64,000 nt of DNA from Patescibacteria group bacterium (GTDB lineage Bacteria > Patescibacteriota > WWE3 > UBA101185 > UBA10185). The stretch is from contig BPJL01000001.1 of NCBI GenBank assembly GCA_026004595.1, forward strand, positions 90,486-154,485, in the 5' to 3' direction. Below are positions 50,045-60,815 of this stretch, piece by piece (positions within the stretch are counted from its first letter, which is position 1; the number at the start of each line of letters is the position of its first letter). The notes under the pieces were generated by a model that saw nothing but the letters and a program-made list of their open reading frames with translations, was not told the DNA's origin and ran no database searches. The translations under genes and the position numbers were made by a program.

Positions 50045-50457
50045 GATGCGGGGTGTGCGCTCTCGTTTTCAAGAGCTCTCTGTACCATTTGTCTTGTAAT
50101 TTTTAAGCCCAAAATCTTAACTATTTGTTCGTTAATAAGAACAGGCGCTCCAAAAATTTTGCACATTTTCAGTGCTACTACAGGGTGTGCGTTTACATCA
50201 ACGCATATTCCGTTTCGTTTGAAAGTGATGTACGAATAAAATACATCGTCTTGGTATCGGTATATCTTGGCGCAAACGACTCTGGTTTTTAATGCATTGA
50301 GAATATGGTTGCACAAAGTTTTGAAATCGGGGTAAGCAAAGTTTGATTCATCTTTTAGTTCGAGCGGAACTAGAGTTTGGGGATTTTTGCAAAGTAGGTA
50401 GGTGATTTTCTTATCTTTTTCGGATATTGTTGTGATATATTTGGCTTTCTTGTACAT
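50038..50457 (-). CDS. DUF151 (bifunctional nuclease)-like protein
   Basis: DDVFYSYI...VNAHPVVAL...APVLI, degenerate relative to DARPSDA. Confidence 0.55.
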   Translation of the reverse strand: MYKKAKYITTISEKDKKITYLLCKNPQTLVPLELKDESNFAYPDFKTLCNHILNALKTRVVCAKIYRYQDDVFYSYITFKRNGICVDVNAHPVVALKMCKIFGAPVLINEQIVKILGLKITRQMVQRALENESAHPASY

Positions 50458-50498
50458 TTCCTTGATGATAGAATATAGCTGTATAATTTACCTACCCT

Positions 50499-50924
50499 AT
50501 GCAACTGCTCAAAGACATATACAATAGCGCCGAAGATCTTAGAGGGCGAAAACTCCTAACAATCACAGCAGTACTAACCCTTATCTTTTTCGGCATAGGA
50601 ATTTTCATCGGGTATCTTAACAACAGATTGTTAAACCAAAATGAAAATAATCCCGCCGTCACGCTCCCGCCGCCGGTTGTGGATACTTCAACCACCTTCT
50701 TCGGGAAGATCTCCTATGTAAATCCTGATTACTACCCCGGCGAAGAGATATCTTACGTTCTAACGGATGCGTCGGGAAAAGACATAGTTCTTCTGAAGGC
50801 TGATGACGACAAGCTTTCTCTTGCTGAGGGGCTGACTGCAAAAGTTAAGGGCAAGGAAATGGTTTCTAAAGCGGGAACCAAGTATCTTATGGTTAAGGAG
50901 GTCATAATAAATGCCTCAAATTGA
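50499..50924 (+). CDS. Hypothetical single-TM protein
   Basis: TM plus small beta-rich domain; overlaps the ftsE start. Confidence 0.7.
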   Translation: MQLLKDIYNSAEDLRGRKLLTITAVLTLIFFGIGIFIGYLNNRLLNQNENNPAVTLPPPVVDTSTTFFGKISYVNPDYYPGEEISYVLTDASGKDIVLLKADDDKLSLAEGLTAKVKGKEMVSKAGTKYLMVKEVIINASN

Positions 50925-51597
50925 GTTTATAAACGTTTCTAAAGAGTTCGAGCCAGGCAAAAAAGTGTTAGATGATGTTATATTCAGGGTTGAACCGGGA
51001 GAGTTCGTTTTTTTGGTAGGTCCTTCGGGGGCCGGGAAAACGACGATAATAAAGCTTCTTACAAAGGAAGAAACTCCCGATACCGGAGATATTTTGTTTA
51101 ATGACGAGAGTATATTAAGCATTCCGAAAGAAGCCATTCCTAATTTGAGAAGGAAGATAGGTGTAGTTTTTCAGGATTTCAGATTGTTGGAGTCTAGAAA
51201 TGTTTTTGATAATGTAGCTGTGGCCTTGGAAGTTGTAGATTCAAGCTCGGAAGAAATAAAAAGCATAGTGCCCAATGTGTTGAACCTTGTTGGTTTAAGT
51301 GACAAAATGTTCAAGTATCCAAAACAGTTATCAGGCGGAGAAAAACAGAAAGTAGCAATTGCCCGTGCTTTAGCTCATGAGCCCGATGTTATTCTTGCCG
51401 ACGAGCCTACGGGAATGATTGACCCCGATTCAATTGAAGAGGTGCTTGAGATTTTGGAAAAAATAAACTCATTAGGTACCACCATAATTATGGCTACACA
51501 CGACCAAGAAATAGTAAATACTATGAAAAAAAGAGTTATACGCATCGAAAAAGGGAAAGTAGTTTCAGACAAGAAGGGAGGAAAATATCGTGCCTAA
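50911..51597 (+). CDS. ftsE: Cell division ATPase FtsE
   Basis: GPSGAGKT, VFQDFRLL, LSGGE. Confidence 0.95.
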   Translation: MPQIEFINVSKEFEPGKKVLDDVIFRVEPGEFVFLVGPSGAGKTTIIKLLTKEETPDTGDILFNDESILSIPKEAIPNLRRKIGVVFQDFRLLESRNVFDNVAVALEVVDSSSEEIKSIVPNVLNLVGLSDKMFKYPKQLSGGEKQKVAIARALAHEPDVILADEPTGMIDPDSIEEVLEILEKINSLGTTIIMATHDQEIVNTMKKRVIRIEKGKVVSDKKGGKYRA

Positions 51598-52477
51598 AAG
51601 TTGGTCGGCCTTTATGGCCAATGTGAAAAAAGAAAAATTGCTTAGCGCCTCGAATATAATGATTATGACCGTGACCTTTGTTCTTCTTGGTCTTCTAATT
51701 TATATTGTTGTTTTGTCCCAAACGTCATTGAGATATTTGGAAGACCAGGCTCAAGTTACCATATTCTTCAAAGACGATTTTACGGAAGATAAGATACTTG
51801 AGTTTAAAGATAATTTATCTAGGGACAAGAGGGTATCCGATCTTGTTTATGTTTCAAAGGAAGAGGCTCTGCGAATATTCAGGGAAATTAATAAGGATGA
51901 GCCGGTTCTTCTGGAGTCAGTATCGGCCAACATACTACCCGCTAGTTTGGAGATTCGTTCAAGAAATATTTCGGATTTGAAGCCTTTGGCTGACGAGCTG
52001 AAAATAATGGACGGGGTTGAGGAGGTCAGGTATTTTGAAGATGTGGTCTCAAGATTTAAGTTGTGGAGCACTGTTGTGTATGTAGTTGGATCTTTGTTGG
52101 TTCTAATGTTTTTGATGATTTCTTATTCTGTAGTTATAGCCGCGTTGAGAACTACTATAAATTCAAAAGGCGAGGAATTTGAAATTATGAAGATTGTTGG
52201 AGCTTCGGACGAATATGTCAAGACCCCGTTAATACATCAAGGTGTGTACTACGGTTTATTTTCGTCTCTCATAGCTTCAGTGGTAATGATTTTACTTGGG
52301 GTTGCTATCACACTGCTGCGCATATTCCCGAAAGGTTTGGGGCTGGGATTTTTGCCGGGTGTTTTTATAACACCTTGGGTTTTTTCAATCATCCTGGCAA
52401 TAATCCTTTTAGTCTCTGGTTACTTGCTAGGTTATCTGGGGAGCTCCGCTGCCATCAAAAAGTATTTGAATTATTAA
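51590..52477 (+). CDS. ftsX: Cell division permease FtsX
   Basis: VSKEEAL, LPASLEI, EIMKIVGAS. Confidence 0.93.
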   Translation: MPKSWSAFMANVKKEKLLSASNIMIMTVTFVLLGLLIYIVVLSQTSLRYLEDQAQVTIFFKDDFTEDKILEFKDNLSRDKRVSDLVYVSKEEALRIFREINKDEPVLLESVSANILPASLEIRSRNISDLKPLADELKIMDGVEEVRYFEDVVSRFKLWSTVVYVVGSLLVLMFLMISYSVVIAALRTTINSKGEEFEIMKIVGASDEYVKTPLIHQGVYYGLFSSLIASVVMILLGVAITLLRIFPKGLGLGFLPGVFITPWVFSIILAIILLVSGYLLGYLGSSAAIKKYLNY

Positions 52478-52480
52478 CTT

Positions 52481-53719
52481 ATGTTTGGCAAGAAAATTCT
52501 TTTTTGGGCTCTGCCTGTAATACTTATTCTCATACCCTTGGTAATTACACTGGGGCAGGATCCTATTGTTAAAGAGGATGTTGATGAGCTTGAGGAGAAA
52601 ATAGAAAAGTACGAGAAGAAAATAAGCGAGCTTCAGGGACGCGCAAAGACATTGGCCAACGAGATTGAATACATAGACAACCAGATAAGCCTTACCGAGC
52701 TAAGAATTCAAAACTCCATTGCCAAAATCAATAAGACCGAGGAAGCGATAAGAAAATTGGCCGGAGACATTGAGGATCTGAAAGAAAGGATCGCCAAACT
52801 TGAAAAGTCAATAGATCATCAGGAAGATGTGCTGGCGGCTAGAATGCGTGAAAGATACAAGTCAGGAGAAGACAACCCCATTCTTGTGATTTTTGGATCC
52901 GGTTCACTTGATGCCGCGGTGCAAAAAGTTGAGTATCTTAATGCAATGGCAAGGTACGACAACAAACTTTTGGTTGAAATGAGCAATACCAAAGACAGGT
53001 ACGATATGCAGAAGAACCTTTTTGAGCAAAAGAAGGAAGAAGAAGAAAAACTTAAGATCCAGCTTCTAAACGAAAAAGCCAACCTTGATACGTATAAAGG
53101 GAACTTGGTAAGCCAAGAGGAGGAAAAAGAACGCCTTTTAGAGATCACCCAAAACGACGAGGAAAAATACCAAAAGCTTCTTGAGGAAGCGCAAAGAGAG
53201 TTATACCAAATTATTGGGGCGGCCAGCGCACTTGTAAATACCAAATCGAGGGAGGTTAAACAGGGAGAACTTATAGGAATTCAAGGCAACACAGGATACT
53301 CATTTGGCGCCCACCTTCATTTTGGTGTGTACAGATACTCCTCATTGAAAGAGATAAGTGGGTGGAATTGGTATTACTCTAACTATGTTGATCCATTAAA
53401 GATGCTGGAGAGCAAAACAGTTTATTGGAATACGGGGTGCGAATCTGCTGGAAACAAGAAAGTAGGGAAAGGAGATTGGGAATGGCCGATGTCCAATCCA
53501 ACCATTTCGCAGGGATTTGGCGTGACGTGCTGGTCGCCAATATACTACGGAGGAAAGGTACACCCCGCCATTGACATGTACGGGCCCGCAAATTCCCCGG
53601 TTTACGCGGTGGAGAGCGGGGATGCGTATTTTTGCAGAAATTGTCTAGGTGACGGCGGAAACGGAGTGTTTATATTCCACGACGACAATTACATGACTGT
53701 TTATTGGCACTTGAAGTAA
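52481..53719 (+). CDS. EnvC/PcsB-like coiled-coil protein with permuted M23 peptidase domain
   Basis: Long coiled coil; HLH motif precedes HPAID motif. Confidence 0.88.
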   Translation: MFGKKILFWALPVILILIPLVITLGQDPIVKEDVDELEEKIEKYEKKISELQGRAKTLANEIEYIDNQISLTELRIQNSIAKINKTEEAIRKLAGDIEDLKERIAKLEKSIDHQEDVLAARMRERYKSGEDNPILVIFGSGSLDAAVQKVEYLNAMARYDNKLLVEMSNTKDRYDMQKNLFEQKKEEEEKLKIQLLNEKANLDTYKGNLVSQEEEKERLLEITQNDEEKYQKLLEEAQRELYQIIGAASALVNTKSREVKQGELIGIQGNTGYSFGAHLHFGVYRYSSLKEISGWNWYYSNYVDPLKMLESKTVYWNTGCESAGNKKVGKGDWEWPMSNPTISQGFGVTCWSPIYYGGKVHPAIDMYGPANSPVYAVESGDAYFCRNCLGDGGNGVFIFHDDNYMTVYWHLK

Positions 53720-53777
53720 TTTCTATTCTTCATAGACACAACTTCTACCCCCAAGCTTCTTAAAAAGGCATATTTAT

Positions 53778-54350
53778 TTGATGAGGAAACATTGCATCGC
53801 AGTTTTGGTTATGCTTTTTCCGATCTTATGCAGGGCGGATGGCTATTCTGGTTATTGCGTATATCCTGGTAGTTTTGTACAGGTTGATATTTCTAAAGCT
53901 GTCAAAGTAAAAGATGGTTACACGGTAGCGGCCCGTTCTGAACATTCCATTATTGAGCTGTACAAAGGAAACAGCGCTGAAGCAGATATTTCGGACTCGG
54001 CCCCCGGCGGAAGAGTATATTTGTCTTCTCTTAAATATGTGAAGATTTTGGGTATAAGCGGCCCTTATTTAACAGTGCTTTTTGAAGTTTTTGACGAGAA
54101 AGGAAGTAAAATTGCGCAAATGGAATCGGGCAAAATTTGCAATCTTAAGTGGTTAAAAGAGAAACATGGGACACCATCTCGATATTTTCTTGAAAAAGAG
54201 AAACCGAAGGTGGATTTTGCTATATTGGATGCGCCTACAGCTTTGAGCTCAAAATTTTTTTTCTTTTGCCTCAGTTGTTTAATAGCTGGCATTTTTACGG
54301 GTTTCATTGTTTCTAAAATGATAGAATACGATGGTGAAAAAAATACTTAG
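53778..54350 (+). CDS. Hypothetical exported protein with C-terminal TM
   Basis: Signal peptide and C-terminal hydrophobic anchor. Confidence 0.6.
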   Translation: MMRKHCIAVLVMLFPILCRADGYSGYCVYPGSFVQVDISKAVKVKDGYTVAARSEHSIIELYKGNSAEADISDSAPGGRVYLSSLKYVKILGISGPYLTVLFEVFDEKGSKIAQMESGKICNLKWLKEKHGTPSRYFLEKEKPKVDFAILDAPTALSSKFFFFCLSCLIAGIFTGFIVSKMIEYDGEKNT

Positions 54351-54705
54351 ATGGATGCCGTCAATTATTGTGATGGCGGCAATATATGCGCTTTCTTCTG
54401 TGCCCGGTCCTGAGATTGACGCGGTTGGCCTTGGGGATGAGAGGTACCACATAAACGGGCATTTTTTCCTTTTCGTCGTTTTGTGCATTTCCTATTACTA
54501 CGCTACAGGACGAATTGCGCTTTCCGTTGTCATGACGGCTATATTTGGGATCTTTGATGAAATTCACCAGACATTCACCCCGTTTAGAAGCGCCAGCTCT
54601 TTTGACATTTGGGTAGATATTTTCGGGGGGATTATAGGAGGGTTTATTTCATGGAAGTTTTGGCGTCCAATATCTCAGAAACTCAAAAACTTGCTCAAGA
54701 AATAG
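54331..54705 (+). CDS. VanZ-family membrane protein
   Basis: DEIHQTFTPFRSASSFDIWVD. Confidence 0.9.
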   Translation: MVKKILRWMPSIIVMAAIYALSSVPGPEIDAVGLGDERYHINGHFFLFVVLCISYYYATGRIALSVVMTAIFGIFDEIHQTFTPFRSASSFDIWVDIFGGIIGGFISWKFWRPISQKLKNLLKK

Positions 54706-55101
54706 CCTCAAAGCTGAAGCCTGGGGATGTGGTAGCTTTGTACGGGGATTTGGGATCGGGAAAAACGACTTTTGTTTCTATGGCGGCGAAGGCCTTAGGT
54801 TTTTCAGCGAGAGTACAGAGCCCGACATTTGTCATTTCCAGAATTTACCAAAAACCATGATTATGATTCGGGTATAAAAAATATTCACCACATCGACCTT
54901 TATCGAGTGCAAGATAAAAAAGAAGTTGTGGATTTGGGATTGGAAGAATATTTTGCGCAAACAAATTCAATTGTGTTTATTGAATGGCCCGAAGCGGCTG
55001 AAAGTATTTTGCCCAAGAGGGTAATAAAGATATATTTTGAGATTGTGGATGAAGACACCAAGGAGGATATATGTACAAAATTTATATTGATTCCAGATTA
55101 A
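54651..55101 (+). CDS. tsaE: TsaE, split by apparent frameshift(s)
   Basis: GDLGSGKT and VQSPTF in one frame, HIDLYR and IEWP in the next; shift at the A-run near 54850. Confidence 0.88.
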
Positions 55102-55421
55102 GAAAAGAAACCAAAGCAGTTCTCTATAAAAAGAGATTCCTATTTTGGTTAAAAAAAGATCTTTTAGTTGTTCAGGGTGATCCTGCAGATGCGCTATCCG
55201 AAATTCTGACTAGAAATGGTTTAAAGCCGAAGGATGTTGCTTTTGTTTGAGGCTTGGCCGGGACCCGGTTCTTACACCGGATTGAAGATGGGTTTCTCGG
55301 CTGTCAACGTTTTCAGATGGGTTTTTTGGGGGAGAACTCGCCCATAAACTGCCCCCTTCCAAAATATGGATCTGAACCAAACATCACACCGCCTAAGGCC
55401 AAAAAGGAGTATAATAGTTGA
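55071..55421 (+). CDS. tsaB: Minimal TsaB with several apparent frameshifts
   Basis: AGGAGG Shine-Dalgarno, MYKIYIDS start, GPGSYTGLKMG motif, PKYGSEPNIT end. Confidence 0.7.
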
Positions 55422-55423
55422 AT

Positions 55424-56380
55424 ATGAACATTATAGTGACAGGGGCCGCAGGCTTTATTGGTTCGCATCTTTCCGAAAGATTAAAAAGTTTAGGTCACGG
55501 TGTTATTGGTGTGGACAATTTTAATTCTTATTACACCCCAACGCTCAAAAAGTTAAATGCTGATGACTTGGAAGTTAAGGGTGTGCGTATAGAGAAAAGA
55601 GATCTTGTTTCGGATTCTATGTCTGATTTGTTAGAGGGCATTGAGGTCATTTTTCACCTTGCGGCTCAACCGGGCATCTCAGCGGTAACCCCCTTTGAGC
55701 ATTACCTAAATAATAATATAGTTGCTACCAACAATCTTTTGAAGGAAGCCAAAAAATCCAAAGTGAAAATGTTTATAAACATAGCTACTTCTTCGGTCTA
55801 TGGCGCACACGCAACAGGAAATGAAACTGCCGAAACCAAACCTACTTCTTACTACGGCGTAACAAAGTTGGCGGCCGAACAATTGGTCTTGGCGGCCAAC
55901 AGGGATGAAGGATTCCCGGCCGCTTCTGCCAGATTATTTTCAGTTTACGGTGAAAGAGAAAGGCCCGAAAAACTATACATGAAACTTATTGACTCCATTT
56001 TAAACGACAAGCCTTTTCCAATTCGCGAAGGAAGTCAGGAGCATATTAGAAGCTATACTTATGTTGGTGACATAGTAGACGGGCTTGTTTTAATCATGGA
56101 GAACTTTGACAAATGCGTTGGTGAAATATTTAATTTGGGAACTGAGCAGGCGATCACAACAGGGGAAGGTATAAGAATTGTAGAGGAGCTGATAGGCAAA
56201 AAAGCTATTTTTAATGTTCAACCCAGAAGACCTGGGGAGCAATCTGAAACCCATGCTAACATAGACAAGGCCCGCCGTATTTTGGGGTATAATCCGACTA
56301 CAGCTCCTCGCGACGGCTTGAAAAAGGAAGTGGATTGGTTCAAAGAAAAAATATGGAAAAAGATAGAACTATATCAATAG
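55424..56380 (+). CDS. NAD-dependent sugar epimerase/dehydratase
   Basis: GAAGFIG, TSSVYG, YGVTK. Confidence 0.93.
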   Translation: MNIIVTGAAGFIGSHLSERLKSLGHGVIGVDNFNSYYTPTLKKLNADDLEVKGVRIEKRDLVSDSMSDLLEGIEVIFHLAAQPGISAVTPFEHYLNNNIVATNNLLKEAKKSKVKMFINIATSSVYGAHATGNETAETKPTSYYGVTKLAAEQLVLAANRDEGFPAASARLFSVYGERERPEKLYMKLIDSILNDKPFPIREGSQEHIRSYTYVGDIVDGLVLIMENFDKCVGEIFNLGTEQAITTGEGIRIVEELIGKKAIFNVQPRRPGEQSETHANIDKARRILGYNPTTAPRDGLKKEVDWFKEKIWKKIELYQ

Positions 56381-57333
56381 TAATACCCTGCTACAACGAA
56401 GAAAAAAATATAAATAAGACAATTGAGGGTTTGTTGGAATTGCAGGACAGGATCGGAGAGAAATTTGAAATAATTGCGGTCAATGATGGGAGTAAAGACG
56501 GAACGTGGGATGTTATTTGCGAATATTCTGAAAAATACCCCAATGTTATAGGTATAAACCTCATGACCAATTTCGGGCAGAGCGCTGCATATATGGCGGG
56601 TTTTGACATTTCCACCGGGGAATATATCATCACAGTTTCTGCTGATATGGAAATCCCCCTTGAGAATGTTGGGAAAGTTATTGAATATCTTGACGAGGGC
56701 TATGATTTTGTAAATACCCATCGGGTAGGGAGATGGGGGGATGAAAAGGCCGGGCGTCAGGTTAAGAGCGGGTTGGCAAACAAAATAATTGGAAAGATCT
56801 CCGGCGTTCACATGCAGGATAGAGGCTCGGGTATGAAGGGATTCAAACGAGTGCTGGTGGAGAACCTGCGTTTGTACGGAGAAATGCATCGTTTTATCCC
56901 CGACTACGTAAAAATGTACGGAGCCAAGATGATTGAGTTTGAAGTTGAGTTTAAAGACAGAGAATACGGCCAATCTTATTACAAGGGGCATAAAAGAACT
57001 GTAAAAGTTCTTTTGGATTTGGTTACGTTATTTTTCATGCTTTACTTTTCTACCAAACCTTTTAAAGCAATGCCCGGCCGCTTATTTGGATTTGCAGGTG
57101 CAATTATAGCCGGGTTGGGGGGTTTAGGCGCCTTCTATTTGTTGATTCTGAAAATAATGGGGCAGAGCATAGGGAGCAGACCTTTGCTGATTTTGTCGGT
57201 GTTGTTGATTATTGTAGGGATACAATCAATGATGACGGGAATGCTTGGGGAGTTAAATATGAGAACATATTTTGAGTCCTCTGGGAGAAAGACTTATATT
57301 GTAAGACAGATAAAAGGGAATAAGGTAGAATAA
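56353..57333 (+). CDS. GT2 glycosyltransferase (ArnC/GtrB/DPM-like)
   Basis: IPCYNE, NDGSKD, NFGQ, two C-terminal TMs. Confidence 0.92.
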   Translation: MEKDRTISIVIPCYNEEKNINKTIEGLLELQDRIGEKFEIIAVNDGSKDGTWDVICEYSEKYPNVIGINLMTNFGQSAAYMAGFDISTGEYIITVSADMEIPLENVGKVIEYLDEGYDFVNTHRVGRWGDEKAGRQVKSGLANKIIGKISGVHMQDRGSGMKGFKRVLVENLRLYGEMHRFIPDYVKMYGAKMIEFEVEFKDREYGQSYYKGHKRTVKVLLDLVTLFFMLYFSTKPFKAMPGRLFGFAGAIIAGLGGLGAFYLLILKIMGQSIGSRPLLILSVLLIIVGIQSMMTGMLGELNMRTYFESSGRKTYIVRQIKGNKVE

Positions 57334-57404
57334 CATAATTGCTTTTTCAACTGCCTTGAGATAGCATAGATGGATATCAATTTGTTTATTGTTAGGAGGT
57401 GTTT

Positions 57405-58142
57405 ATGGAAAAAACTAAAGGTTCAAACATAGTTCAGCTTATTTTGATAGCCCTGCTCGTAGGTGCAGCTTTTTACATCGGAAGTTTGTCTTCAAAAGTT
57501 GATAGATTGGAAAAAATGGGAAAGGAAGCCGCAAAGCCGACTAATGAAGTGGCCGTCGGAGCCGCCTTTGATTCTGTATCTTTAGCTTCGTCTTTGGGCA
57601 TAGATGCCAATTCATTTAAAACTTGTGTTGATAATAAAGAAACTAAAGCGCGAGTTGAGGAAGAGGAAAACTGGGGAAAGAAAGCGGGTGTTTCCGGAAC
57701 CCCGGGAATTATAATGTACGATACTAAAACCGGAAAATCCATATTTATACCAGGAGCGGTAGACTTGGAGACAATGCAGAACTTTATGGACAGTTTGATT
57801 GCTAACAAAAGCGTTAAGCTTGGTAATCAGGAGTTTAAGCCCGAGGTGATTAGTGACCTTAAATCAATGGTGGACCAGGATTATTTTAGAGGTGAAAAAA
57901 CCGCACGGGTACAGCTATTTGAGTACTCAGACTACGATTGTCCTTTTTGCAAGAGAGTCCACCCCACTCTGAAATCTCTTTTAGAGAATAATCCAGGTGA
58001 GGTTGTTTGGATTTACAGACAGTTTCCTCTGACGCAGTTACATCCTGAAGCAAGGATTAAATCTGAAGCAGCCTTGTGCGCAGGAAAGGTTGGTGGAAAC
58101 GATGCCTTTTGGGCTTATTCTGATGCGTTGCTAACGGAATAA
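57405..58142 (+). CDS. DsbA-family oxidoreductase, circularly permuted
   Basis: GVSGTP precedes YSDYDCPFC...RQFPL; N-terminal TM. Confidence 0.9.
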   Translation: MEKTKGSNIVQLILIALLVGAAFYIGSLSSKVDRLEKMGKEAAKPTNEVAVGAAFDSVSLASSLGIDANSFKTCVDNKETKARVEEEENWGKKAGVSGTPGIIMYDTKTGKSIFIPGAVDLETMQNFMDSLIANKSVKLGNQEFKPEVISDLKSMVDQDYFRGEKTARVQLFEYSDYDCPFCKRVHPTLKSLLENNPGEVVWIYRQFPLTQLHPEARIKSEAALCAGKVGGNDAFWAYSDALLTE

Positions 58143-58156
58143 CTTGTTTGATTTTT

Positions 58157-58183
58157 GCGGGGGTGAAAGCCCCCGCTTTGTTT
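58157..58183 (+). terminator. Intrinsic terminator after dsbA
   Basis: GCGGGGGT-gaaa-GCCCCCGC-TTTGTTT. Confidence 0.75.
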
Positions 58184-58186
58184 ATT

Positions 58187-58620
58187 ATGTCTATCAAATA
58201 TGTTAATGCGATAAAGGTTTTAGCGGTTATAGGTGTAGGGTTGGCGCTTTATCTTTATATAAATTACCTCAACCAACCGGTTACCACAATTTGCACTATC
58301 AACAGCAAAGTAAATTGCGATGCGGTTATCAGCGGAGAGGTAGCCACTACTCTAGGCGTACCGACGGCTCTTTATGGGTTGGTTGGGTATATGGTAATTT
58401 TGATAGCGGCATCTTTGAAAAAAGGAGAAGCTGATGTTTGGGACGTCTCTTTTTGGAACATTGTTTTGTTTAAGAATCACTTTCATAGAAGTTTTTTCAG
58501 CTTGGGGTTTATTGTCCGGTGTGTGCGTTGTGCCAGCTAGATATGGTGGCATTGTTGATACTTTCGTATCTGGTGTTGAGGCGAAAAGGGATGCCCAAGC
58601 CTGTTGAAAACTCTGCGTAG
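58187..58620 (+). CDS. VKOR-family protein, frameshifted
   Basis: CTINSKVNCDAVIS; YCPVC in a shifted frame; follows dsbA. Confidence 0.85.
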
Positions 58621-58654
58621 TAATTTCCGTTATCTGATTTGTATAATAAAACTC

Positions 58655-60255
58655 ATGTTTGGAAACTACCCAGTTAATGATGATTGGGTTTTCTTTTGGC
58701 AGGTAAAAGCTTTCTCAGAGGGAATATTTAAGTTAAATGCAGAGCTTGATCCATCTTTTGTGGTGCAGGGGGTTCTTGGTCTTTTCTGGTCAAAAATATT
58801 TGGGTTAAGTTATATTTCCCTGCAGATTTTGACTTTTCTATTATCTCTAGGAACTGCATTTTTCGTTTATCATATTATCCGAATACAAGGATCAAAAAAG
58901 GCTATTGCTATCCTTGGGGCATTAACTCTATTTTTCAACCCTCTTTTTTTTGCATCTTCTTTTACTTTTATGACAGATAACTATCTTTTATTTTTCCTTT
59001 CGGCTGCAAGCTATTTTTTTATTCGTTATCTTAAGATGGACTCTTACAAAGATTTGTTTGTGAGTTCCCTTTTCGGTTTCTTGGCTGCCATGACAAGACA
59101 GAATGGAGCTTTAATTTTTGTTCCTATGATTGTACTTGGTTTTACAGCGCCAAAGGATAAAATCAAAAAAATATTGGTACCGACGATTTTTCTAGTCATT
59201 TCTATCTTTGGGTCTTTTGTTTGGCCAAGATTTGGGGTGAATAAACGTTTCGTTGAGATAGAGGATTTTACCGTGCGTTTGTCTACTCTTTTGTATGCTC
59301 CGCAGTATTTGGTGATTTTTTTATCTCCTGTATTAATGGGGTTTACGTTGGAGTTGAGGGGGAAAAATTAGAAGGGCTTTTTATGTTGCAACGGTTTTCC
59401 TTTTTGCATATTTATTGTTTGTTACTGACATCTTTCCTATGGGCAATGTTTTGTATCTAGAAGAGCTATATTCAAAATCGGATTTCAGATCAAATTTCAG
59501 CATTTTTGACAACATTTTTGCTAAATTATTTTTTTCCATTCTGTGGGGCATGGCGTTTGCAAAGGGTACGGTACTTATGTACGAGAAGACAAAGAAAGGA
59601 GGCAGGCTGTTCGAGCTAACCGCACAGGAGGCTTTTGTAGCTGTTTCTGCGTCTATAAATTTCGCTGTGTTACTTGTTCCCTCTGACATATACGATAGAT
59701 ATCTTCTACCGACGTTTCTGTTTTTGCTGATATTTTTGCTGGGTAAATTAGCAAAAGATGCGAAATCGCCGGGAGTTTATCCTTATATTAGTATAGCGAT
59801 GTTGGTTATTATATCAGTATTTTTGCAGTGGGATTTTTCAGCCAGAAACAGGTTGATGTGGAAGCAGGTGGAGGACTTAAGACAGTTAACCCGGCTTTAG
59901 CACAAGTATAAATTTTAATGACACATATATTAATCACACTGTTATTCGCGAGACCCGAGATTTTACAGGTCTTGAGCCACGACGTGGGAGTTTTGAGCCG
60001 GTATGTTTTATTCAGGATTATACAACTGAGACTTTAAGCTGGTTTTTTGGCAAGATTGAGGGGCTGTCAAACATGTTATCTACCAAAGGCCTGACAAATC
60101 CTAAACCGCCGACGGTGAGGAAGAAAAATTTACCTAGAATTAAAAACAATCTGGATAAGCTTATATATAATGAAGAGTATTTTTCACCGATATACGGTCT
60201 AATTGGGAAGAAAGCATATGTAGGAAGCTTCTGTGTAGATTCAATGAGAGATTAA
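58655..60255 (+). CDS. GT-C (ArnT/PMT-like) glycosyltransferase broken into pieces
   Basis: PVNDDW, FMTD, TRQ, YDRYLLP across consecutive ORF fragments. Confidence 0.72.
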
Positions 60256-60766
60256 ATTTAAAACTTGAACTCTAGGTAGAAGTTTCAGCAATTTTTATCT
60301 GCTAATCGAAAATACCGCTCAAGTGAAAGATTTGAGTGTTGCTCTGGAACAAAATAGAAACACTTTACAGAAGACTGGCTCTTTTGTTTTCACCTATTTT
60401 TAAGAGTTTTGCTGTACCTTCGCCCCTTCCTGCGCCATTTTGGTCAACAAGCAATAAGTATAAACTGTCTTTTTCCGGCCATAGATTGTACGGATTATTT
60501 TTTGCGGAATCGGGGGTTGACTTTACCCTTAAATATTCTTCCCAATATGTTGTACCTAAATCCCTCCTCAAAACACCCGCGTAGTCAGTTCCTTTGTAGA
60601 TCGGAAGGTTCATACTTGGTCTTTGGACGAGTGTATATTCAAAATTATTGCCAACAACCACTTTTTTGATTTGATCATTTTTGTAAAGCGGGGTTTGGCC
60701 GCCGTCATTTTTATCACTTCCAAAGAACTTGCATATATACCTGATTACGCTTAAACAAATAGACAT
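60256..60766 (-). CDS. Hypothetical exported protein, probably frameshifted near its 3' end
   Basis: ORF 60365-60766; a coding-like frame (KCFYFVPEQH...) continues after the stop. Confidence 0.45.
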
Positions 60767-60815
60767 TGATTGTCCACATTTTCAAGACTTGGTTACTACT
60801 TTATACTTATAGTTA

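Noticed and set aside
56374-56991. 205-aa antisense ORF
   Set aside because: Lies opposite the well-supported GT2 gene and has no recognisable motif.
59901-59960. Stop-codon reassignment (code 25) as the cause of broken ORFs
   Set aside because: TGA, TAG and TAA all terminate intact conserved genes in this window, and the breaks change frame.
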